Of a stretch of DNA of 64,000 bases, positions 30,653 through 44,645 are shown piece after piece. Below the pieces are notes generated by a model. That model was not told the origin of the DNA. It did no database searches and worked only from the letters and a program-made list of their open reading frames with translations. Made by a program: the position numbers and the translations under genes. Position 1 is the stretch's first letter. Every line of letters starts with the position of its first letter. The stretch lies in NCBI RefSeq assembly GCF_006345805.1, contig NC_042997.1, forward strand, positions 93,434,001 through 93,498,000, given 5' to 3'. Origin of the DNA: Octopus sinensis (lineage: Eukaryota).

Positions 30653-32075
30653 TTCTTTTTTTTTCTTAGTTTACCATTTATATTCCAGCTAGTCTTTCTC
30701 CTTGCTTTTAACTTTTCCTCTCTCACTCTTGTCTACATTGTATTTTTTAATGTCATTCTCCTTTCGCTCTACCACTCTCTCTCTCTCTCAGTCTCCCTCT
30801 CTCAGTCTCCCCTCACCTCTCAGTCTCCCCCTCTCTATATATATATCTCTCTCACACATACGCGCACATACACATACACACATACAGACATTACACTTAT
30901 ATCCCTTCCTCTATATGTGTGTACATGTATGTGCATATATCTGTCTGTCTATGTGTGTATGTGCGTTTAATAAATGTATTTATTCAAATATTATGTTTAG
31001 AGGATCATTGATTTACAAACTCATAATTTACAAACAAAATGCTGATAGATAACATCTATTTTGAATGCATTGTAATATAATTATTCATTTAAAGGTGAAT
31101 GAATAATAACTATATATTAACATATATGTATTTTCATTAAACAGTTTTGGTTACACGCTCATGAAAATGCTCTCAGATATCCTACCAATCACAACAGATA
31201 CAATTGGTGTTGATACATCAAACACAACAGGTAAATTTGTTTTCTGATATCTTTCTCTGATTTGCTATGGCTTTATCTCAAGCAGGCATTTACAATAATA
31301 AACCTTCTTAGAGATAATATCCAAAGTCCAATGAGCTAGCTATTTTCTACATTTTCTGCAATATGAAGCAGATCAGAAATAGCATTGCTTGCTTGAAGAA
31401 TTTAACTCACTAATGCAAATCAACAATTTCTTTGTTAGATTTATTATGCAAATACTACTTCTAGGAGTGAATTATACAAGCATGCAGTACCTACTCAAAG
31501 ATTTGTGGACTTAACTCAATCTTTTATCTTTAACTTGTCTTAGTCAGTAGACTATGGCACTGTCTTGAAAATGTTTTAGTAAAATGTGTTGGCCCCAGTA
31601 CTTATTTTTTAAAAGCCTGGTAGTTATTCTATTGGTCTCTTTTGCTGAACTGCTAATCACAGGGACATAAACACACCAGTACCAGTGGTCAAGCAGTGGT
31701 GGGAGGGACAAACATAGACACAAACACATATATATATTTATTGAGACCCCCTTCGGTCATGACTGACTGTGGGATTGCACCTAGAAAGTTACCCTCCCAG
31801 GCACAAGTCCAGGCAAGGTCGTTTATGGAAGACCAGCAGTCACCCATGCATACCGGCCTCCCCTCTCCATGCCACCAGTGTTATCCAAGCAACAGCAGAT
31901 ACAGCTTGGCACCTGTGACGTTGCAACTCATTTCTACAGCTGAGTTAACTGGAGCAACGTGAAATAGTGTCTTACTCAGGAACACAACATGCAGCCCGGT
32001 CTGGGATTCGAACTCACAACCTCACGATCATAAGCTCGACACTCTAACCACTGAGCCATGCGCCTTCACTATATA

Positions 32076-32109
<34 letters not shown>

Positions 32110-33324
32110 GAGAGAGAGAGAGAGAAATTGAGGTTATAAGAGGTAATGGTGTCATTGAGACCCAAAGGTGTCAGGTAATGCTGAATAAGACACTTGCCCA
32201 GGGTATCATGTTGTGAGATTGAACCCCAAACTATATGGTTGGGAAGCAAGCTTCGTACCACACAGCCACACTTGCACATAACATTGGTTTGATAATAGCC
32301 ACAATGCAATGTTGATGACAAGATACACATGATTGATAACACACTAGTTGCTCAATAACCAACTGACCTGGTGACCTGTGCCCTCAAAAATGAATATGTA
32401 TGTATAAAAATATGTAAACTAATTTTTTTCTTTTTTTCTATTTTGTAGAAATGTGGAAAGTAACTTTAGACCAACTTCTTGTGCAGTCGTCCTCCGCTCA
32501 GTTGATTTTCAGAAGCTTTATCCAAACTGGAGACTTGGACATGGACTCAGTTGTTGCTGAACTATTTAAACAAGTTAGTTTTAAAGCTGTTTCTATAGTT
32601 CTATATTTGAGTTAAAGCATTGTTGTCTGGCCATGATAGCTTGCCAATGTATAGCATAGAGTCACTCAAATGTCACACTACCTATCTTTTAATATATACA
32701 TATATAAAGGCAGTCAACTGTCAGAATCATTAGCATGTCAGGCAAAATGTGTAGCAGCATTTCATCTGTCTTTATGTTCTGAGTTCAAATTCTGTTGAGG
32801 TCAACTTTGCCTTTCATCCTTTCAGGGATTAATAAAATAAGTACCAGTTGAACACTGGTGTCAATGTAATCGACTTTTTGTTTCTGAAGGTATACATATG
32901 GTAATTGAGCCTATGCTTCATATGGTTCTGGGTAGTTCCCACATATACCTTATTACTCGATTGAATACTCACTACACATTGGTAAACTATCTCTTTTCTA
33001 TTGCAATTATTACTAAATACACAATTATTGCTAATTCTACAATCATTTGTTTCTATATATATATATATGTGTGTGTGTGTGTATGTATATATATATATAT
33101 ATATTCAAAATGTGGCCGCGTGTGTATCGTTGGTGATTTTTTTCCTCCATATTCCCTTCCTTGGATCTTTTCTTTTCCTATGTTTCTGACAAAGAACTCC
33201 GTTCGAAACATTAAATCCTCCTTCTTTCTTTCCTTTTCTGAGCGTCCAATAACACTATACTTGTTCCACATCCTCACGTTGTTGTGTTTTCTCTTTGTGT
33301 TTTCATGTTTGGATTAACTTTATT

Positions 33325-33358
<34 letters not shown>

Positions 33359-33762
33359 GTGTGTGTGTGTGTGTATTGTATATATATTTGTTTATGCAGT
33401 TATTGATGCATTTCATTCGTTAATTTGTATCACTCACACATATGTTTGTAATCATTTAATAAATAGATATAATTGAATGTTTACTGGCTGGTGTTTGTTG
33501 ATTGTATATCCTCTCCATTTTTTTTTATTTTGCCTTACAAGTCCTGACTAAATTTCTAATTTGCCCCCACACATACCTAATACCTAATTGCGGTATTGCC
33601 ATGCAATAGTAAACCCTTGGTTATAAATAATTAGGTACACATCCAGTAGTATGTTGGATATTTAATATCCCTTAGATGGTTTCTTAACTTCTAACTCATA
33701 CACAATTATATATATATATTTCTGTATGAGTTATATATATATGTATATATAATATATATATA

Positions 33763-33808
<46 letters not shown>

Positions 33809-34174
33809 ATACATATATATGTAATTTTGGGTCTAATGGGTATATGTCAGTTAGTGTGTTGAATAAAGCACATTCACAATTTGGGCTATCTAGTGTTATC
33901 CAGGGTTGGGATCTACTTCAGGAATTCTGCTGTATTAGTTGATACAGCAGGCACAAACAACATGCCTAGAACATCTCAGTATATCTAGCAGGAGCTCTCC
34001 TTCTTTATGCATGTACCTGATGAGACACAAACTGCACAAATTTATGCAGCACAATTAGATGCACAAAATCATACCCAAAATGGACAGTTGCCGGATAAGT
34101 CAAAACAACTATCATACTGAATAGAGACCAGTGCCAAATCTATCTTCCATCTCCTTCATCAATTATTATTATTG

Positions 34175-34209
<35 letters not shown>

Positions 34210-35774
34210 GGGTGTGCAGAAAAATTGCTGGCTTTGAGTAAAAGAAAATATAGGAGGATCAGTTAATTATGATTTTATTCAACATATTCCTCTCTCAGAT
34301 GTACATACTTGTTGCAGCAGTCCTTCAGTTTTTCTAAACCCCTTGAAAGAACTCAGAACGTTGGGTCTCCAACCAGGCTATTCAAAATACCCTTAATCCA
34401 GGAACTTTTCTGCACCTCTTTATATAATACTTAAAAAGTAAAAATTCTTTGTCTACATTGATGTGATTTATCATATTTTTCTTTCAGCTTGCTATGTTAT
34501 TTAACATACCATCTGAGATGCAACTCCAGCCAGAGATTGCTTATGTGCAGCATGTTGTGAGGAACTTGAATAACGGAAATGCTATGAGTTCAATTCTCAA
34601 TGAAACCCAGTAAGTAATGCATCAGATAAAAACTTAATGATATAATCTTTAATCTTTTTCTTGTTCCAGTCATTAGACTGTAGCCATGGAAGGGTTTAGT
34701 TGAACAAATCAGCCAAGTTTTTTTTTTAAGCATAGTACTTATTCTGTTGGTCTCTTTTTGCCCTACTTCTAAGTGATGGCAGTATAAACAAACCAACACT
34801 GGTTGTCAAGCAGTGGTTCAGGACAAACACAAAGGCACCCACGCACACATGTATATGTATCTTACTCAGAGTTTTCGTTGTGAAGTTTGTGAAGTTTCTG
34901 GAGTTTTGGAATTCACTGGTGCTATATTTTGATATTAACATTTGTTAATTGCCTCTCATCAGTTTTACGTTTCTTTATTTCTTGACAGCACAGTAAAAAT
35001 AGTGTTTGATGGAAGGGGTATAATCAATTACAACAACATCAGTACTTTATTTTATTAGCTACAGGGAGATAAATAGCAATGAATTATGCTCTTTTGAATA
35101 CAAAACAATATAATTCTACAAAGCATTTTGTCCTGTACTCTCTGATTCAGCCATCTATCTGCTTTAACCCTTTAGCATTCAGATTTCTTTGTCAAATGTA
35201 ATTGTGCTTATTCATGTTGTTTTGAATTAATTTTGTAGTTTGAGACATCGATGGTGTATTTGTTTAGTTTTTAGAAACGTCATTGTAGGTTAGGTGTGAT
35301 AGGCTGGATCTGGCTGTTTTTAACAGAAAACAGGTAAAATATTTTGGCTGGATATAGCCAGTTTAAATGCTGAAGAGTTAATAACAGTAATAAAATTACA
35401 GCCAAGTTAAGATTGATATCACTCAAAGTATGCAGAGTATATTAAAGTTTAAATTTAAGAAAAAAAGAAAAAAAAACTGAGATGTACCAATGACAAGTAT
35501 TCATATGTGTTCAAATTTGCTGTCTTGCTTTTCTAGTATTTCCCATATCTGTCATCAAATTACATCAATGCCATCAGATTCACAAATTTCAAAGAATATT
35601 GGAACATACATCTTTATGATAGAAATGGCTTTGGAGATCTTTAACTATCAAAACAAAAATTTTTCAGGTTAGTATATTTTAAAATTTATGGTAACTTTGT
35701 TTCTGAGATAGTATATCATTGCCGTCATAGATCGTCGTCATCATCATCATCCTTTAACGTCTGTTTTACATGCT

Positions 35775-35812
<38 letters not shown>

Positions 35813-38800
35813 CAAACATACAAACATACATACATACATACATACATACAAACATACATACATACATATATACATACATACATACATACATACATGCATG
35901 CATACAAACATGTGTATTAAGGCTATTGGTTTCATGCAGAGTTGAGCACTCATTCTTGTCATTTGACATTTATGTATATCATCATCATCATCAATGTTTG
36001 ACGTCCGTTTTTCCATGCTGGCATAGGTTGGACGGTTCGACTGGGGTCTGGGAGGCTGCACCACGCCCCAATCTGATCTGGCAGCGTTTCTATAGCTGGA
36101 TGCCCTTCCTAATGCCAATCACTCTGAGAGTGTAGTGGGTGCTTTTTATGTGCCATCGGCACAGGGGCCAGAGAAGCTGGCATCAACCACGATCAGATGG
36201 TGCTTTTTACATGCCACTTGCACAGAAGCCAGTCAAAGTGACACTGACATTTGTCACATTCAGATGGGGCATTTTACATGCTACCGGCACGGGGGTCACA
36301 ACTGCAATTTCCATTTGATTTGATTTTGATTTTGCTGTTGATGTTGATAGTGATGTACCTGACTCAATAGGTCTCCTCAAGCACAGCATGTTGCCCTACA
36401 ATCCAAGGTACTTTTGAGTGGGCAGGTCAACCCTGAGAGGAAAAAGACAGACCTATGGTCAAATACCATGTTCATGTCCATATCATCTTTTCTTCCAAAT
36501 TACATTATCCAATGTAATAGTAGGATATGGTTTGAGGAACACTTGATTCCATTTCTGGCAGTTTGATCAACCACATAGATGTTTTTAAAAATTGTAGAGA
36601 ATTATCAGAAAAACGCTTCACACAAAGTTATTTATGAATGATTATTATTTTCAAGTAGAAAAAAACTATGAAACATTAATGATTATGAACTTGTTTAATC
36701 ATTTTATAGTAGACTGCATGTATTTTGTTTCATTTTAAACATTACATTCTTGTTTAGTGGGAAGGTATTTATTACATTTACATTTGTTTCAAAAAATAAT
36801 CAATTTCTATTAATGATGATAATTGCTAATAAAATATTCAAATATGATTCTTTATCTTTCAGAAATAGAAAACATCATATGTGATTCATCTGATAAAGTT
36901 GTTGTGAATGTAATTGACTTACTCCAAAAATCTGGCTTCTTAAATTTGTTTTATAAAGTAAGTAACTGTTTGACTATGGTTGACATGACAAATCGATAAC
37001 ATACATGCATGCATAACCACATTCACACATACACATGCACACACACACATGCATGCTAATTAGTAAAAGTTAAAGCTGATTACTTCTTCAGAATGATAGC
37101 AATATATTTTATTAAAAGTTTTTCTCCAATTCAATAGAAAGTCTGCAATAAGATTTTATGTACAGAATTAAATTTGTAATGCTAACAACAACAACAACAC
37201 ACACACACACATATGTACGTGTGTGTGTGTGTATTTTATCTTTCACTTGTTTCAGTCACTAGACTACAGCCTTGCTGGGGCACTACCTTGAAAGGTTTAG
37301 TCAGAAGAATCAACACCAGTATTATTTAAGTTTGGTACTTATCCTATTGGCCGCTTTTTGCAAACCCACACAGTTACAACAATGTAAACACACCAACACA
37401 GTTTGTCAAGCAGTGGTGGGGATCAAGTACAGACACAAAGGCATACACACACACACATACACATGCACACGCACAGACATATACACACATACATACACAC
37501 AGAGGACTGGTTTCTTTCAGTTTCCATCTAGCAAATTAATTCACAAGGTTTTGGTCAACCTGAGGCTATAATAGAAGACACTTGCTCGAGTTGTCCTGCA
37601 CTCAGAACTGAACTCAGAATCCTGTGCTTCAGAAGCAAACTTCTTACCACAGAGCCACCCCTTGCAAATCACTTTCTAAATTTTTGACAATTTTCAATTC
37701 TTTCAATATTTCACCCAGTTGTTTCTTTTTAAGTATCTAATTTTTACTTTGGCACCAAACAAAAACAAAAGTAGTTTGATTTGTTTTGCCAAAAAGTGTC
37801 TCAAGTAGTTAAGATATAAAAATTTCATTTCATAATTATTTATCGTTATATATCTTTTTTGTGTCTACTAGTGTATAAACCTGTTATTCATGTCCTCAAT
37901 TATTTTACTATCCTTGGTGACATATTTTCCACTAGGTATATTAATTTCTCTTTCAACTACATAGCTTTTACCTAAGTTTATTCTTTCTGAGTATCCAATA
38001 ATACAGCTTTTTGATCGTTTATGTATTTGCTTTGTGTGATACTGGGTGTGAACTCATGTGTTAAAACAAATTTTGTTGTATCTCAAGAGGATCGTTACAC
38101 TAGTTATAAACACATGCACTGGCTCAATTTCACTTTGTTATTATTGATTAATTGTTTAACTGTTTAACCAACTAACTAATTGATTGTTTGATTAATCATT
38201 CAGTTAATCAGACAATCAGTTGTTTTTACCAAAGTCCTTTCATCACCATTCGTGACCTCTTCAATGACATGCCCTCTCTACTGCAGGTCAAAAGCTGACT
38301 GCCCTAGATGCAACCAAAATTTTTGATCTCTATTCTAAAATAGTTCTTGCATATTGAGCAAAATGCTTAGCAGTATTTCGTCCATCTTTACATTCTGCAT
38401 TTAAATTTTACTAAGACCAACTTTGCCTTTCATCCTTTCAAGGTCAATAAAATAACTACCAGTTGAGCACTGGAGTTGATGTAATTGATTTACTCTCTTC
38501 CCTGAAATTGCTAGCCTTGTATCAAAATTTGAAATCAATGTTTTACCTAATCAGTAATTTTTATTTTTTTTTTGCTTTTGCTTTTTAAGTCTAAGTCAAT
38601 TAATGAAAAGTCAAACATTTTATCCACTCATCAATAATGATTCTTCTGTTATATCTATCATCATTGCCTTGTCATGTCTGGCAAAAGGAAACCATCATAA
38701 CAATGAATCTGAATTTTACACCATTCATCTATTTTTTACTTTTTTTTCTAGGTGAGATCTATGATGTTTAAAAATGGAAATGAAACTATTGACTGCAACC

Positions 38801-39222
38801 ACCTTTCCAAATTAGCCAGCAGTTTTCCTGAACAATTTTATAAACAAATTCACTCACTGGACTCACCAAACAAGGCGGTCAAATGTTTACGCAGAAGGAT
38901 CCCAAAATTCATGCAGTTTATCAACCACATGGATTTGTAAGTTTTATTTGTAAAATAAACTTTCCGTTCACTTCTTTTAAACTATAATATTTCGATTCAC
39001 TACAAAATTTTTGAGATCTTTCAATTCTAAAACATTTTTTCTCAAATGGTGTCAACATAACATAGCTGTATAACAAAGAAGTTCTCTTTTAAATCACAAG
39101 CTCTTCGGTTCAGCACCACTGCATGGTACCTTGGGAAAGTGCCTTATACTATTACTCCAAGCTAACTAATGCCTCATGTATGAAATTGAAAAATGAAAAT
39201 TGTATGAAGCCTGTAGTATGCA

Positions 39223-39285
<63 letters not shown>

Positions 39286-39524
39286 ATGCATGTGAACTGA
39301 TGTTCAGTTTACCACAAAAGAAATGAAGTGGTGAGCATTACAACCAGATGCTTTGTGCCTCCAAAGGCCTGTAGGATATAAAAATCCCTTGATTAGAAAA
39401 CGAGTGACTATTGAAAACAGGAAAAATCTTTGGCTTGATAATTCTTCTTCAAATAACTCTTCATCTCACTATCTCAGTTATGCAAACATGGAAAGAACAG
39501 ATCTTAAACAAATGAACAAAGATG

Positions 39525-39576
<52 letters not shown>

Positions 39577-42500
39577 ATATTTTTAGTCTTTTACGTGTTT
39601 CAGTCGTTAGACTGCAGCCATACTGGGGCACCACCTTGAAGAATTTAGTCAAGCAAATCAAGCCAGTGCATTTTTTAAAGCCTGATACTTATTCTATCAA
39701 CATCTTTTGCCAAACCGCTAAGTTCACACACATATACATCTGCACAATACATGTACTCAGTTTCCAACTACCAATTCCACTCACAAGTTATTGGTCAGCC
39801 CAAAGCTAGAATAGAAGACACTTGCCCAAGATGATGCACAGTTGAAACTAACACCATGTGGTTGCAAAGCAAGCCTCTTAACCACACAGCCATACCCACT
39901 CTTAGCTGAATAAATTAATGGATTATTTATTATGTATATATATTTCATAGTTAACAAGTGACTTGATATACAGAACTTTGCATAATTCCAAGTTGTATCA
40001 CACATTTTATTGTTTCAGCAGGTTATGTGTCTTGCTCAGTGGCACAAGATAATGGCTTTAATAAGATGATTTGAATTAATCCAGTAACTTAACCTACAAA
40101 GGTGTTATTCCTCATAAATTTACCAACTGATTTGTACTGCATATAATAATGTTTGTTCAGCATTACATGCATTTCTCATCTGTTTAATATAAGTTATATA
40201 CCTTTACACTGTATTTTCTTAATTTCCATTAATATTATAGAATGGTTGTATACTGTCAATGTAACATGTACGTGACAGTAGGGGGTTACACCACCGCTGT
40301 TTAGCCCTAGGAAGCATCGCTGCCGCCACCACCACCAGTAGGGTGAAACCCCCTACTGTCACATTCACGTTAGATTGACAGTATACAACCATTCTATCGC
40401 CCCACCACCGTACATATCTCTATGAGAGATTTAGAAATTTAATATTTCTCATTAATATTATATAATTTAATTATTCTTATATTCAGGATGCTGACAATAA
40501 CAGCAGAAATGTTGGATCTTGTACAAGATCCTTTGTTTGAATCTATTGTGAACAACAAACAACTGTCCAAGTTTATAGCAGTTATTTTGAACTCTATTTT
40601 AGAACAAAGAACAGGTTAGTATTTTTTTTATTATTTCATTAAAAAAGTATTTGCTTCTGCCATTTAAATGACAAGTTTTTTTAGTGAGGGTGGGGGTTGT
40701 GTAGTTCATGCATTATCTTGAATTCCATAGCCTTCTTCATAGAATTACATTGTCTGAGTAATTATTATCAGTACAAAAGACATTAAAGCTTTAGCATTTA
40801 AGCCAGCTAAATCCAGCCAAAATATTCTATATGCTTTATCTTCAAACCAACTCAATGTCACCTCTCACACTTATCCTTCAATGTCATTCAAAACATAAGC
40901 AATCATATCATCAAAAATCTTGAAGCTACAAGATAATTCATGATTAATTCTAAACAATGTGAGTAAATAAGCATTACATTCAATAGTCTGAAAACTAGAG
41001 TTAAACTAACTTTAGGATTGGTATTAGCAGTTATATATTACATTTACCAATACATTCTACAATTTATTGCAGCTAAAGGAGATAAAACTTGCCTACATTA
41101 TATTCTTGTAACTAACTCTAACTCTTTTAACAGAAAAGAAAGGGTTTTAAATTTAACCCTTTAGCATTTAGATTCCTCTGCCAAATGTAATGCTTATTTA
41201 ATCATGTATTATTTTATGGTTTCAGTTGTTTGGTGATGTGATTGTTTGGCATTGTAGAGTAGGTGTGAGAGGCAAAATTTGGCCAGTTTGAACATAAAAC
41301 AGGTGTAACATTTTGGCTGGAAATTCATGTCTTTATGTTCTGAGTTCTAATTCTGCCAAGGTCGACTTTGCTTTTCATCTTTTCGGGGTCGATAAATTAG
41401 GTACCAGTTGCATACTGGGGTCGATCTAATCGACTGGCCCCCTCCCAAAAAATTTCAGGCTTTGTGCCTAGAGTAGAAAAGAATATTTTGGCTGAAAATG
41501 GCTACTTTAAATACTAAAGATGTAATGTTGCTTCAGTATTTGTTCATTTAATTCATTTTTAAATCAACCCAGCTTTGTTTGGTGGGATTAATGTGAATAT
41601 AGTCAGAGTCTTCATGGATTATTTCAGCACTGATGTAAAAAAAAAAAATCTTGCCAAACATGATATAACGTTATTTTGTTTTATTTTATTTTTTTTTACC
41701 CTGTCAACCTTGTTAATACCTCATCCATCAAATGAATTGCATGAAAGAAAAGCTATATGTATTTTAAAATAAGATTAGCTAAATTGTTTTATGTAACAGA
41801 GATACTGTTCACAAAAACAGGCAAAGAATGTTGTGCTGATAAGTTTTAAAATTACTGAACTCTGGTAAAATATTTAGAAAATCTAATCGAAGTGCAGGCA
41901 TAGCAGTGTGATTATGAAGTTTGCTTTAGAACCATATTTAGAGATTGCTCACTCAGTGTGGATACTGTCAGCTGGTGTTTTCTACAATAGGCTTGGGTTG
42001 ACCAATATCTTGATGGAAACTAGAAGAAGCTTGTAGACGGGAACTAGAAAAAGCCTGTTAAACACCCACACACATACACATATATGTGTGCATATGTGTG
42101 TATGTGTGTGAGTGTATGTGTGTTTCATAAAATACACAACTGTGTTCAAGTTTTATCTTTCTTAAAGTTTTCTGTATTTTCTTATTAGTTTTTTCACAGT
42201 TAGTTTGGAACAATAAAGTTCTTAAATTCATAGTCAACATTTCCAGACCTTCACAGTCTTACTTCAAGAAGTAAATACCTTCTTGGCATCTGTCATTTCT
42301 TAAATACTGGTTGAATTCATATAGACTTTCCCAATAAAGGGTTTTTTTTACCATTAGAGGTCACATGATGATTTGTTTGTTCTGGTCAAATTTTTTACTA
42401 TTATGTTTTCATGACAGTAGCCACAGGTTAATTTCTTTTATGTATGTGTTGTTTGCATGTTTATTTTGGCATTGTCTTGCAAAACGGGTATGGCTCTCAT

Positions 42501-44609
42501 GATTAATCCTCTACTCATATTGCAATGCAATACAAATGAGTGAGTCTGGATGCATGTGCATATGTTCTGGGCCGAAGAAAGAGAAAGCATGAATGGAATA
42601 AGGAAAATAATGCCAGAGGAGAGTTGAAGGAAAGGAGTGAGAAACTGGAGCGGAAAAGGGTAACAGTAGCACATACACTGCAACAGGAAGAAAAATAACT
42701 ATAAGGTGGCAGGGAGAAAACAAGAAATGACAGGTGCTGCTACAGAGAGATAGAATAGAAAAGAATGAAAAATAGAGAAATAACAGGTGCTGTTACAGTT
42801 AGAAAGAAAAAAAGAAAAAGAAGGATATAGATATGGAAGTCATCAAAGTAAACAATGGAAATATAAATTAAAATCCTTTCATGTACAACTTTGTTGTTTA
42901 ACTCTAAGTCAGCTTTTATTGGACATCAATGATCAAAGGCTTTCTGGTTGTAATGTACATTTTTTTTTTTTTTTTGTTTTCAGGAATTCTCTGTCTAGAT
43001 TGACATCATTAAATATGTCTTACCTTTTTTATTAATGTTATGTTGTGGTTTGAAAGAGATTTGAGTAATGTTTATTGTAGGTCAAGCACACATATAGAGG
43101 CTCCTTCACTAGCTCAACCCAAGCCTTTGTCTTAATAAATTAAACATGAAAAAATTGTTGTGTTCTGATAATTCTGATTGTTTAAATCATATCATCCTAT
43201 CTTTGCTGTGGTACTAGTTTCAGTTGATTGTTTTCTACATGTGATTATGTTGACCCTCAGATAACAAGCAAAGAAGTAATTTACCTGATTTCTATATATT
43301 TCCCAACTGAAACAGCTCCCTGATAACAAAACAAATGAAACAAATGATAAAAACAAATGAAAGATAAAAAAGATAGAAAAAAGATGCAAGAAAACAATTG
43401 ACGTATTTAAGATAAGATAATTCAAACCAAAAAACAATATATAAGCACAACCATGGCTGTGTGGTAAGAAGCTTGCTTCCCAAATATATGATTCCAGGTT
43501 CAGTCCTACTGCTTGGTACCTTGGGCAAGTGTCTTCTACTATAGCCTCAGGCCAACCAAAAACCAAATGACAAAAACTAAAAGAAGCCCATCGTATGTGT
43601 GTGTGTGTGTGTGTGTGTGTGTTGTGTGTGTGTGTGTTTGTTCCCCCACCACTGCTTGTGTTTATGTCCCCATATCTTAAGAGTTTGGCAAAAGAGATCA
43701 ATAGAATAAGTACCAGGCTTTAAAAAAAATACTGGTGTCAGTTCATTCAACTAAAAGTTCTTCAAGGTGGTGCTCCAGCATGGCCACAGTCTAATGACTG
43801 AAACAAGTAAGATAAAATAAAAAGATAAATTTCCCAACTGAAACAGGGTCCCTGATAACAAAACAAATATAGAGCAAGCATTTAATAAAAATAAATGAAA
43901 GATAAAAAGAATAAAAAAACATATTAGAAATCAATTGACATATTTAAGATAAGATAATTAAAATCAAAAAGCAATATATGTAATTACTGAGATTTTGATT
44001 AATATTTGATTCAGTATATTTACCCTTGGAGGTGTGTGGTTCAGTGGTTAGAGTGTTGGGCTCACAATCATGAGTTTGATTCCCAGACTGGGCTGTGTGT
44101 TGTGTTCTTGAGCAAGATACTTTATTTCATGTTGCTCAAGTTCACTCAGCTGTAGAAATGAGTCGCAACATCACAGATGCCAAATTATATAGACCTTTGC
44201 CTTTCCCTTGGATAACATATGTGGCATGGAGTGGGAAGGCTAGTATGCATGGGTGTCTACTAGTTTTCCATAAACAAATCTGGCAGAACTTGTACCTCAG
44301 AGGGGAACTTTCTAGGTGCAATCCTATGACCATTCATGACCAAAGACAGCCTTTACCTTTTACTTTATATTTACCCATGGAAGTAAAGCTATGCTTGTGA
44401 TTAAGTTATTCTATATCAGTTACAATTGGCTAAGTTATACAGCTTATAAAAAGCATTGGCAGGACCGTGTGGTTAAGAAACTTGCTTCACAATCACACAA
44501 TTTTGGTTACTGTTCTATCATGCAGCATGCTGGACAAGTGTCATGTACTTTAGCACTGGGACCATCAATGCCTAGTGAATGAATTTAATTGAAGAAAACT
44601 GTACAGAAG

Positions 44610-44645
<36 letters not shown>

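Noticed and set aside
32000-32068. tRNA gene
   Set aside because: A and B boxes are present but continue into a multi-copy SINE body without a complete cloverleaf.
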